A DNA stretch of 63,974 nucleotides, filler included, from Candidatus Babelota bacterium (lineage in GTDB: Bacteria > JAGOBX01), in NCBI GenBank assembly GCA_017999075.1. It is 6 parts of 6 records of this genome, joined end to end, with 100 filler letters (N's around TTAATTAATTAA, not from the genome) between each part and the next. Parts side by side here need not be neighbours in the genome. Positions count along the whole stretch, not along the records: positions 1 to 11,115 come from JAGOBX010000070.1; positions 11,216 to 22,254 come from JAGOBX010000071.1; 4 more parts are not named here. The stretch is one strand, 5' to 3'. The notes beneath the pieces are model-generated. The model searched no databases and was not told the DNA's origin. It saw only the letters and a list, made by a program, of their open reading frames with translations. Shown in pieces: positions 1-12,381 of this stretch (within the stretch, counting starts at the first letter, position 1; each line of letters begins with the position of its first letter). A program made the position numbers and the translations under genes.

Positions 1-3000
1 GTTCCTGTCCATACTCCATCCAAATTATTAATTAAATATTGAGAATTTAAAATTTCATTCACAAATAATTCTACAGTATCTCCATTTCCGCTTTCGCGCG
101 TAGTTCCTGAAATTGACAATACCTGATAATCAGTATCATAATTATCTGACGGTGAAGTAATTTTGATTTCGGGTGTTCCAAAATAATTAATTGAAACTGT
201 GTCATAAGCACTTCTGTCAAATTTATCTGTCAATTTCAAAGTTATACTATCACCATAATTTATTAACGCGCCTGTTCCGTTCCAAGTTCCGTTTAAACTT
301 GAAATTGAAAATTGGGAATTGACAATTCCGTTTACATAAATTGTTACAGTATCATTAGATTTAGAATTATTAGTAGTGCCGCTAATTGTTATAACGGAAA
401 TTAATGTATCGGAATTATTGACAGGAGAAAGAATTTTAACAGACAGTTCTCCATAATAATTCATTATATAAGTATCATAATAATTCCGTCCGAATCTATC
501 AGAAAGTTTAACGGTTACAGAATCATTGTATCCGTTTAATTCCGCTGTTCCGGTCCAATCTCCATTTAAATTTATGATTGAGAATTCAGAATTGAATATG
601 CCGTTCACATAAATTGTTACTGTATCATTTACACGTGTATTATTAGTAGTTCCAAAAAGATTTATACTTCTGACAAAAGTATCTAAATTATCTGAAGGTG
701 CTGTAAGACCAGCCGAAGGTTCAGCAAAATAATTTACAGTTACAGTATCATAATTTATACGTCCGAACTTGTCGGTAAATTTTACAGTAAGGCTATCATT
801 ATATCCGGTTAATGACGCTGTGCCAGTCCAGTTTCCGTTTAAACTTAAAACCGAGAATTGAGAATTTAGAATTCCGTTTACGTAAATTATTACTGTATCA
901 TTTATTTGAGAATTATCAGATGTTCCGTTTACAATAATTACAGCAGCCATAGTATCATAATTGTTTAAAGGATTTGTAATTAAAACAGAAGGATAAGACA
1001 AATAATTTACCGTAACCGAATCATTAACATTTTCATTTAATTCAGGATAAACAGTTACGCTTATAATATTATTCACGCCTGTTAATTTGGCTGTTCCATT
1101 CCAAGCTCCGTTATTATTTGCAAGAGTAACAGAATCCTGGAATATTCCGTTAACATAAATCCATAAAGTATCGCCTGATTTTGTATTATAAGTGGTTCCT
1201 GATACAAAAATAATCTGAGTTAAAGTATCATATCCTGTTTGGGGAGCAGATATCTCAAGTAAAACTCCGGCAAAATAATTTAAGAATATAGTATCCGAAT
1301 ATATTCTTGAGAACCTGTCTTTTATTTCAGCAACTATAGTATTAGCCTGATCAGTAAAATGAGCTGTTCCTGTCCATACGGCATTTAATCCGGAAATTAA
1401 AATTTGCGAATTAAAAATTCCATTCACATAAATCATTACAGTATCGCCTGATTGCGAATTATAACTCGTTCCTGAAACTATAATATCCTGTATATTTGTG
1501 TCGTTATTATTTAACGGATGTGTTATAGCAAAAGATAAATAAGGCAAATAATTTACTGTGATTGATGAAGTGTTATATTCGCCAAATTTAGTCTGGACAA
1601 CCGCAAATACTGTATCAGACTGATTAGTTAAAGTTACTGTTCCTCCAAACACGGAATTTAAAGATGTCACAGGTATTATATTATTTAAAACATTATTAAC
1701 ATATAAAAATACAGTATCTCCTATATTTGTCCAAGCAGTAGTGCCGGAAACCAGTATTTGGTTTACTGTTGTGTCGCATACAAAATTAGAATTAACAGGA
1801 TTATTTATAAAAATACTTGGATGAGAATAATAATTTCCGAAAATCGTATCATAATAAATTCTGTTAAACCTGTCGGTAAATTTTATTGTTATAACATCAG
1901 AATTACCGGTTAATGAAGCAGTACAACTCCACGTTCCATTGAACCCTGAAATTAAAAACCTGGAATTAAAAACTGAATTAACATAAACCTCAACTGTATC
2001 TCCTGTCCCGCTTTCAATAGTAGTTCCTGAAATTATTATGGTTTGAACATTGGTGTCAAAATTATTTTGAGGATAAACAATTTCAACTGAAGGAGTTTTA
2101 AAATAATTTGCAAAAATCGTATCATAAGAATTACGTCCGAATTTATCAATTAATTTTACAGTAATTGTATCGCCTGTGTTAGCTAATATTCCAGTGCCTG
2201 TCCAGTTCCCGTTCAAACTTAAAATTGAGAACTGAGAATGAACAATTCCATTTACGTAAATTATTACGGTATCATTTATTAGAGAATTTGATGTTGTTCC
2301 GTTTACTGTTATTAATGAATTCATAGTATCATAATTATTTTCAGGACTAATAATTTTTACGTTTAAAGTACTGAAATAATTTAATACAACCGTATCATAA
2401 AAATTTCTTCCAAATCTGTCAGTCAATTTTACAGTTACGGAATCATTATATCCGGTTAAATAGGCAGTGCCTGTCCAGTTACCGTTCAAACTTAAAATTG
2501 AGAATTGAGAATTAAAAATTCCATTAACATAAATTGATGCAGTATCGTTTATTTGTGTATTATATGTTGTACCTGACAATATTATTATCTGAACAATTGT
2601 ATCATAATTATTTTGAGGACTCATAATTTGAATGGATGGTTCAACAAAATAATTCACTGTTATAGTATCATAATTTATACGTCCGAACTGATCAGTAAAT
2701 TTTACAGTAAGACTATCATTATGTCCTGTTAACACTGCAGTACCTGTCCAGTTCCCGTTTAAACTTAAAATTGAGAATTGAGAGTTTGCAATTCCGTTCA
2801 CATAAATTGTTACAGTATCATTTATTTGTGAATTAATAGTTGTTCCGCTGACAGTAATTATAAGAGACATTGTTTCATAATTATTTTGCGGACTTGTAAT
2901 TGAAACTAACGGATTTGATAAATAATTAATCACAACAGAATCGCTGACGGATAAATTCAATCGAGGATATACTGTTACAATAACAGTATCATTGATTCCG

Positions 3001-4020
3001 GTTAATGCAGCAGTTCCTGTCCAATTTCCGTTATTATTTGAAAGAGTAACAGAATCCTGAAGTATGGAATTGACAAAAATAAATAATGTGTCACCAGTCA
3101 TTGTATTAAAAGTAGTTCCCGAAACATAAATGATTTGAGTAAAAGTATCATAACCTGTTTGCAGATTGGAAATCTCCACTGAAGGTTGGCCAAAATAATT
3201 AATTGTTATTGTATCATAATATGTTCTTCCGAACTGATCCGTAACTTTTGCAGTTATGCTGTCTGACTGAGCTGTCACACGGGCGGTCCCTGTCCATGAG
3301 CCATTCATCCCGGTAATTGATATTTGTGAATTAAAAATACCATTCACATAAATTATTACAGTATCGCCTGATTTAGAATTATAAGTTGTGCCGGAAATAT
3401 TTATATTCTGCTGATTGGTATCGTGATTATTTTCAGGATAACCCAATTCCATAGATAGAGAAGGAAAATAATTTACAATAATATATGCAGTGTCATTTCT
3501 GTTAAACCTGTCTGTGACAACTGCATAAACAGTTTCTGTCTGATTATTAAGCGCAGCAGTTCCGGAAAATGTCCCATTAATAGAAGTTATAGTATTAACA
3601 GAATTCAAAATTCCATTACAAAAAATATTAACAGTATCTCCGTAATTTGTCTGATAAGTAGTTCCTGAAACATTTATAATTTGAACAATAGTGTCATAAC
3701 TTAAATTTGATATAACCGGATACGAAACAGAAATTGATATTGACTGATAATAATTTACTGTTATAGTATCGTAAGATGTTCGTCCGAACTTATCCGATAA
3801 TTTTACTGTTATACTGTCTCCATAACCTGTTAAAACAGCTGTTCCTGAAAAGTTACCGTTAGCAGAGTTTAAAACAAAATAAGTATTTTCCAATGAATTA
3901 GTATAAATTGTTACGGTATCACCTATTAAAGAATTCAGCGTGGTTCCCTGAATATACACAATATTCTGTAAAGTATCATAAAAATCAATCGGAGAATTTA
4001 TATTAACAAAAAGTTCCGGA
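1..4020 (-). repeat. About 14.5 tandem ~273-279 bp coding repeats (Ig-like domains) arranged as a 1920-bp, 7-domain super-repeat
   Basis: Recurring consensus SPxNNYDT...VSGTT...DTVTIYVNGIxNSQFSI...WTGTAxLTGxxDSxTVKxTDxFGRxxYDTxTVNY. Best-matching DNA blocks are offset by exactly 1920 bp (751/2671, 1021/2941, 1441/3361, 1711/3631). Confidence 0.88.
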
Positions 4021-7000
4021 GAATTATAAATTATCTGATAAGAGTTTGAGTACCAGCTCTGGTTATAAAAACATTTTCCATTTGTTATATGACTGTCAAA
4101 GGATGAAATTCTGTAATAATACGTTTCTCCGATAATCAGTCCTGAATCAATAAATTGAGTATCATCAGGATTATGAATTGAAGCAATAATATAATTTTCC
4201 CAATTATTTGTATCTGAATAACGGCTTCTGTATAAATTATATCCTGATAAATCAGAATCTGATAAACCCAGTAAATTATTGTATTCATCATTAACAGGTT
4301 TTGACCAGCGTATTGATAATTGTCCAGGAACAGAAGTGTCATATCCGGCAAATGATGGAGTTTGAGGAGAAACCGTATCAGAACTGAATAAAGTATCAAT
4401 TTCCGTTATTCTAAACGGAGTCCACAACACATTACCTGACAAAACTTTAAATTTTGATGATAAAACGGAAGAATCAGAAGTATTCCAATAATTATTTCTG
4501 AAATCAAAATTATACAAAACTTCATTATAAACCGCAGAATCAGGATTTGCCGGTGAGCCTGTCCAATTATTTTTTTCAATTGTATCAGCTGAAGATATTC
4601 CGGTAATATAATAACCATAAGAATAATTTGAATTCAATGTATTCTGAATAAATTTATTGTTAATAGAATCGTTTATTTGAAAACCGAAACCTGTTCCAGT
4701 CAGATTTTCAGAAATATTGTTTGAAACAAAACTATTATAATTTGAATTTGAATTAACATATATTCCGGCAGCAGAATTATATTTTGAATTATTATTTTTA
4801 AAATAGTTGTAAGATGATGTGCTGAAATTAAAACCGTAATACGAATTATTGTCTGCAATATTATTATAAATTTGATTTTGGTTGCTTCCCATTATAGTAT
4901 AACCGTCATAGGAATTATATTTGGAAATATTATCGTGAACTGCTGAATATGATACAGAACTAAGATAAAAACCTCGTCCTTCGCCTTTCTGAACATAATT
5001 ATATCTAATAACATTATAATTTCCTGAGGATACATACAATCCATTATAATTATTGTAAAACCAGCAATTTTCAATTAAAACTGAATCAGATGATGCAATA
5101 TAAATTCCTCCGTTAGATGTCTTGCCGTTCACATTAAAATAACATGAAGAAACCACAGAAGTATCCGAATTATCAAAATATAATCCATAACCGCAATCTC
5201 TTATTTGAAAATTTCTCACATATATATTTTTTCTGTTTTGAGCATAAATCCCATATAAAGATGCAGTATTAGAATCTCCAGCAGGATCAATCACTGTCAA
5301 TACCGAATCAGAACCGATTAAAGTAATATTATCGGTATCTATTGAAACCGTTTCAGCATAAATTCCATTGTATATAAATACAGTATCAAAAGGTTCAACC
5401 ATACTTAATGCTTTATAAATTGTCTGATACGGCAATGTTTCAGAACCGTTTCCTGTCAAGTCATTTCCTGTATCTGAACTCACGTACCATTTAGGACCAT
5501 TATAATTTTCTACAGGAATAATAGATTTTGTATCAGAATACCAGCTTTCATTGTTATACAAAACCGAATTATTATAATGACTGTCAAAAACTGTTATGCG
5601 GTAAACATAGTTTGTTCCGTTTAGAACGTCAGTATCAATCCACTGACGTAAATCCCTGTCAGCAGTATAAACAACATTAATGTACCAGTTTGCAGTGTCA
5701 AAATTAGTGTTTAATCCGCTGACATTAGATTTGAATATATGAAATCCAGCCCATCCAGTATTATTATTTGTTATTGCTGAACCGTCATAATTGTATGCAG
5801 GAGTGTCCCACTGAATAATTACCATTCCTGAATCTTCTGAAATCGAAGTGATTTGAATTGCAGCAGGAACTACAGTATCATAAGTCAAATCAGTATCAAG
5901 TTCGTTAAACCTGAAAGGAACAAAGGAAATTCTGTGAGGATAGTTTCCATTAATCCTGTTATAAATTCTATCTGTATCAGTGCTGCCGAAATAATTGTAA
6001 CTGAAATCAAACTGATTATCAGAAGCATTGAAAATTCCGGTATCTGAATTTACAATGTTATTATTTATTACTGAATCATAAGAACAGTTAGTTCCTATAT
6101 AAACTGCATAACTGTCATTCGACTGAATTTTGTTGTATCCTATTTTGTTGTTTCCGGAATTAGCCAGATAAATTCCGACTCCGTTGATTCCGGCACCATC
6201 GATAATCATATTTTCCAAAACAATATTTGAATATCCGTTTTGTAAATGCAATCCTGCACCGGAATTATTTTTTATGGTGTTAAACCGTAATATATTAGTT
6301 TCACCGTTATTTAAAACCAAAGCGTTTCCAAAATTATTCTGTATCCAGTTAGAACTCAATAAACCGCTGTTAAATGAAATTAAATTCAATGCAGTATTAA
6401 AAGAATTATTTATGATATTTTCAATAATAAAATTATCAGTATTTAAAATAGAAGAATAGGAATCAAATAATATTGAATAATAATTATTATCAAAAACAGA
6501 TAAAGTCGTATAACTGTTTTTACATCCATAAAATGCCAGAGCTTTGTAATTATTCGTAAATGAGGTGGTTACTATATATACCGTGTCGCTGTTTTGAACA
6601 ATGATTCCTGCATTTGAAGAATTTCCGCAATATGAAACATATATAGAATCAAATCTGGTATTATCCGAATTAAATAAATGAACGCCTGTTCCACATTCAG
6701 TAAGAGTAAAATACTGGAATCTTACATTCGTAACATTGCAATAAATTCCGGTCAATCCCGGAGTAGATGAATCTCCTGAAGGATTAATAACAGTAGCATC
6801 TCTTGACTCGCCTTTAATCCATAATCCTGTATCATCAGTGATATAAATTGTTTCGGTATAAATTCCATTAAACAGATATATGGTATCATATCCGTTGTCA
6901 GGATTCAAATAATTCAGAGCATATTCAATTTTATTAAAAGCAGTAGACGTATCATTTTTAGAAGGATTGCTGCTGTCGCCCGAATTAGAAACATATACAA

Positions 7001-10000
7001 TCATGCTTCCTGTATCTTGAAAAACATAGATGAAACTGTCTGTTCCTGAAGTATAGTAATTCCAATAAGATGCTATACTGTCACCCACGCCGTCGTTTAT
7101 ACCAAGTTTAATATAATTTATTCCGAATCTTAAATTATTCGTTTGAACAATGTAATACTGTGAATCATTTCTGCAGGAAACATCATATTCAGGAGAACTG
7201 AAATCTGAATTATTATCAATCAGCAGATGAATATCAGTCTGCGGATTTAAATCTGCATCAGAATAATTCCAATTTAAAACAAAAGTATCATTTTTGTTAA
7301 ACCGCAAATTAATGTTAGGAGTATATCCGTTTAAAGTCAAATTGTTTGCAACCGGAGAAATATTAGATCTGGCTGCAAAAGGATTACTGTCTCCGAAATA
7401 TCCTATATAATAAACTGCATTATTATTATCGGCAGAATTATCAAAATCCAAATCAACATTTTCAGGACATATTCCGGTTTCATTTGTTATACTTGAAAAA
7501 CCAGATCCATAATAAATGTTTCCTGCGGGTAAAGAATCATAATAATTATTTTTTAAAGATACTGCATTAAACAGATTGGTTGATAAACTGTCATAAAATA
7601 TATTGTTAAAATAATACGTATCATTTGCAGAATTCGAAGTAACCGAACTATAACACGATAAGAATAAATTATTATATATACCAACTTTTATAGAAATTCC
7701 ACCGGTAAAATTTAATGCATTGTTTGATATATTTTCAAATGTGTTATTTACAATAAAAGTAGTATCGGCGCTTCCTATACTATATGATACCGCATTATAT
7801 ACATTTTTAAAATAATTATTCAATACTTTGTCGCTTTCATATATTTTCACAGCATCTGAAGAAATATTCAAAAATTTATTGTTAAAAAATTTTGAATTTC
7901 CATATAACCCGTCAACTCCATAATAACAATTTATAAAATTGCAATGTTTTATTATTGAATTGGAATTTGAAGAAGCATTAATAAAATCTACAGCTTTATA
8001 AAAATTAACGAAATCACAATTTGAAATATATAAATTATCAAGAGGTTCAGGTGCAATGCTGTTTGCTGCAAATAAGATATTATCAGTATTTGAACTGTCT
8101 GCTCCGGTAAAATAAAATCCTCCAACTCTTACACCTGGTTTAAAAATTACACGTATTCCGGAATTAAAAAAGAATTTAGGTTTTGTATCATTTATTTCAT
8201 CATACCCTGAATGAAACAGTTTTGAAATTATAAGCATTCCTGTATCAAGATAAAGAGTATCGCTTACAGTATAAGAATCTGAAGAATGAGAATATACAAC
8301 AATTGTATCGAATCCATTATTAGGATTTAATAGGTTTAGTGCTGCTGCAAGAGAAGGAAATGCTGTAGCAGTATCTCCTGAAGCAGGGTTGCTCGCATTA
8401 CCTAAATCACTTACATAAACTTTTATGCTGCCTGTATCGTAAAACTGCGGAGTATTTACTTTAAACGAATTTGAATACCAGCTTTTATTATAAAACTGCT
8501 GATTCGCGTAAACATGAGAATCATAGGCTGAAATTTTATAATAATATGTTTCACCTGAAGAAACAGTATTGTCAGTAAAATTAGTATCATCTGCATTATA
8601 GAATGTATTTACTAAATATGGCTCCCAATTATTCGTATCACTTTGAGTAAAACGGTATAATGTGTATCCTGCAATCTGCGTATCTCCTGAAGTTAAAATT
8701 CCTCCTTCTTCTTCATTTACAGGTTTACTCCAAACTAAAGTAACCTGTCCGTAAACCGAACTATCGGCATTTAAAATTACAGGCGATGCAGGCGCTACAG
8801 TATCAGCATTTAAAGAAGTATCTATTTTTGAAGTCCTGTAAGGAACAAAATCAATTTTATCAGCTTGAACTCCGCCGATCATATTTCTTATTATTGAAGA
8901 ATCACTTGTTCCCCAATAATTATATTCAAAATTTATAACTGATGCAGATGCTGAAGTAACAGCCATATTAGGCGAATGCATAGACGGAATAATAACATTT
9001 TTCTGGAATGTATCTCCTGAACCTGCAGTATAATTTATCTGGTAATTGGCATTTGAATCAAAAGTATTCTGAAATACATAACAGTTGGTGCCTGCGCTGC
9101 CAAACTCTATTCCATAACCCGCATTATTTTTAATTATATTACGTTCAATACGCATATCGCTGAAAAATACCATACTTATACCGTCAATACCGTTACGATA
9201 TATCAAATTATCAGTAATATTGTTGCTTATAGCAGTATTTATCATTATGCCATCTGATAAATTGTAACAGATATTATTTCCGGATATTAAATTGCTGTCG
9301 CTTGAAGAAATCATATTAAAACCATACTGTCCATTACTGTAAATATTGTTGTTCACAAATTTATTGTTCAAACTTGCCGACAGATAAAATCCGTCCCACG
9401 TATTGGTTTCAGAAATATTATTATAAAAATAGTTTGAATCGCTGTTATTGTTTAAAGAAAACCCGTCAGAGGATACTGATGCTCTGTTTCCTGTAAACAA
9501 ATTTGAATCTGCGTTATCCATCATAAATGCGGCCTGATTAGTATTCCCTGAACTTATATTATATTGAAATATATTGTTAAACGAACCAGAAATCCAGAAA
9601 CCGTATCCTGCTCCTGAAGGTATATAACAATTTGAAATGATATTCCCTGAAGCGCCGTTCTGTAAATACATTGCGCTGCCGCCGTTAACAGAACCGTCAA
9701 GTTTAACAGAATCTATCACAGATGAATCCACATTATTAAACCAGATATTATTTCTTCCATTTGTAACCCGAATATTTTTCAAGTATAAATTTGATTTGTT
9801 TAAAGCATAAATTCCGCGCGCTGCCTGAGCTGTTGTATTATTGAAATTTATTATTGTTGACACAGAATCAACACCTATAACTGAAATGCAATTTGTATCT
9901 ATAACAAAAGTATCATTTTCAAGATATGTGCCGGCATCAATATAAATTGTATCTCCTTCAGTTAAGAATCCTTCGAGATCGTTTAAAAACCGTTTGGGTG

Positions 10001-11115
10001 AGAATTTTGATACGCCATAATTTGAGCTTGAACCAAAAGCATAACAGAACGAATCTCCTGAAACAGAAGTATCGTTAATATACCAGACATTCGGCTGATT
10101 GGTGTCAATCCCGCCGTAATGATAAACTTTCATTGAATTGGAATACCATGATTCATTGTAAAATTTCTTCCCAGAATTCAAATGCGAATCAAACGCGGTA
10201 ACTCTATAATAATAAGTCTCACCTGAACTCACACTGTAATCAATATAAAAATTCGGTTTATAACCCGATGATACTATTATGGTATCATATAAAAATTTAT
10301 ACCAGTCGCCTGTATCTTCGTTTACATCAAGCTGATTTTTTAATGCTCTGAAAATATGGAATCCTGAAATATGCTCGTTATTATCATAATTTAACGATTG
10401 TCCAAGTTCATCTATTACAGGAGTATCGAAATATATAACTATAAATTGCGTTAATACCGTATCATATGATGTTATTGTCATTGTATTAGGAGCAACAGTA
10501 TCTGCGCCTGTTGCTGTGTCAATTTCAGAAAACCTATATGGCGACCATATAACTTTACCGCTAATCCCATTTATTTTCAAGGCTAATCCTGAAGAATCTG
10601 CAGTTGACCAGTAATTATTCCTAAAATTATAAGTTGTATCATTACTTGTATTAATTAACACTGCAGAATCAGGAAAATATGGCGATGGAATAAAATTATT
10701 AGATATAAATGTATCCGCTGACGACATTCCTGTAATATAAAAACCATAATTGAAATTTGAATCAACAGTATTTTGAGAAAAATAATTATTATCAGAACTG
10801 CTAACACAAATTCCATAACCGTTTACTGTTTTATTGTTAGAAACCATATTATTGGTAATTATGTTATGGGATGATGTATCAAGAAAAATTCCAATATTTG
10901 AATTATACCGAGAAATATTGTCTGTTATTGTATTATTATTGCTTTCGATCAAATAAATTCCATAATTCGCGTTAAATTGAGACAAATTATTTGAAACAGT
11001 ATTGTATTCAGAAACATTTAACCTTATACCTCTATAATTATTGTATTCTGATATGTTATTAGATATAGTACAATTATTAGAATAATCAATAAAAATACCA
11101 TTATTACTGTTATAC
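1..11115 (-). CDS. Giant surface/adhesin-like protein, internal fragment (~3700 aa, open at both ends): right-handed beta-helix (NosD/DUF1565-like) and FN3-like modules, then tandem Ig-like repeats
   Basis: Manual translation gives the same minus frame at both ends and in the middle: YNSNNGIFIDYSNNCTISNN near 11110, WYVSSDTGNDLTGNGSETLPYQTIYKAL near 5490, GDTVELFVNEILNSQYLINNLDGVWTG near 1. The ORF track lists nothing in this frame, as expected if it has no stop inside the window. Confidence 0.92.
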
Positions 11116-11215
11116 NNNNNNNNNNNNNNNNNNNNNNNNNNNNNNNNNNNNNNNNNNNNTTAATTAATTAANNNNNNNNNNNNNNNNNNNNNNNNNNNNN
11201 NNNNNNNNNNNNNNN
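11116..11215. other. Artificial contig linker
   Basis: N-run, TTAATTAATTAA (stops in all frames), N-run. Confidence 0.99.
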
Positions 11216-12020
11216 CAGCTGCTATATGCATCGGACCGCTGTCATTTGTTAAAAAAAAAGAACACAATTTTATAGATGAGAACAATTCCTGCAAACTTGT
11301 TTTTCCAATCAAATTAATTAAATTTATTTTTCTGTCAACAGATCTTAAAATATTATCACCTATTGAAACTTCATTTTTCGAACCAAATAAAACAGGTATT
11401 ATATTTGTATTTTTTAAACAAAAATAATTTATAACTTCAGCAAAATATTCAGGAAGCCATCGTTTAGCTGGACCGAACGCTGCTCCAGGATTTATCCCCA
11501 AATATTTTTTATTATTAAATATAAACCATTTTTTTTTTACTGCGCTGTCGATTTCTTCAATAGTGTTCAAAAATATTTTAGGTGTGTCAATTTTTTTTCC
11601 AAAATTGGCATACGCAAGCTCAAGGTGTAAAAAAACTTGATGTTGGGATTTTATTTTTTCAGTTAATTTTACAGGATTTGATAAAAAAAATTTTCTGTAT
11701 TGTGTAGCCCATCCGCTGATTTTTTTTACATTTCCAAGTTTAAAAATAATTGCAGACGATAAAGATTTAGGAAGCAATATACCGTTTTCAAACTTTTGTT
11801 CACGCAGGTATTTTATCAATCCAATCTTATTTTTCTTATCATCAATTTCAATAACCGTATCAATATAATTATTATTTTTATATACTTCAGCAACCCAAGG
11901 TCTACTTATAACAGTAATTTTAATTTCAGGATCACTTTTTTTAAGGCTTTCAAAAAATGGAGATGACATAACCGCATCTCCTATCCAATTCAATCCTTTT
12001 ACTACTATTCTGCTATCCAT
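11216..12020 (-). CDS. waaF: Lipopolysaccharide heptosyltransferase II (GT9), 3' truncated by contig end
   Basis: NWIGDAVMS, INPGAAFGPAKRW and TNDSGPMHIAA motifs. True start is MDSRIVVKG at 12020; the longer ORF call runs into the tRNA. Confidence 0.9.
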
Positions 12021-12049
12021 TAAACAATTGATAAAATCCTGATAAGATA

Positions 12050-12140
12050 TGGCGGAGAAGTAGGGATTCGAACCCCAGGAGGACTCATCGCCCTCAACGG
12101 TTTTCAAGACCGCCGCCTTAAACCGCTCGGCCACTTCTCC
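12050..12140 (-). tRNA. tRNA-Ser(TGA)
   Basis: GGAGAAG acceptor, anticodon arm GCGGT-CTTGAAA-ACCGT, long variable arm, GGTTCGAATCC T-loop, encoded CCA. Confidence 0.97.
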
Positions 12141-12381
12141 GAATTTAGTTTATATTTTATTCGCAAAAAAATCTTAAAATTATAAAATTTTCAGCTAATT
12201 TAATAAAATTATATAAAAAATAATCTGTTTGTCAAGCGGTTTTTAAAGTTTTTTAAGTTTTTAACTTTTTAACTTTTCATTAAATCAGTGATATGAAAAT
12301 ATAATTCAACCAAACAAAATAAACTCCAGGATTTATTTTCCTTACCTTACTATGTGTTCATATAGTTTTTGGTAAAAATAT

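Noticed and set aside
1-4020. CRISPR array or DGR template/variable repeats
   Set aside because: The repeats are ~274-bp diverged coding units without spacer structure. No cas or reverse transcriptase gene and no adenine-specific mismatch pattern were seen.
4136-6459. Short ORFs in contig 1 and the apparent 11-kb gene desert or alternative genetic code
   Set aside because: These are shadow ORFs of the single giant minus-strand frame. Standard-code ORFs elsewhere are full length, so recoding is not needed.
11116-11215. Recurring TTAATTAATTAA palindrome every ~11 kb
   Set aside because: Artificial linker inside N-runs. Contig lengths decrease in order (11039, 11026, 11010, 10987), so contigs are size-sorted and cross-linker synteny is meaningless.
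12021-12134. N-terminal extension of waaF (MAERFKAAVLKTVEG...)
   Set aside because: It is a translation of the tRNA-Ser gene.
12050-12140. Possible selenocysteine or suppressor tRNA
   Set aside because: The anticodon is TGA (reads UCA, Ser), not TCA; normal 7-bp acceptor stem.
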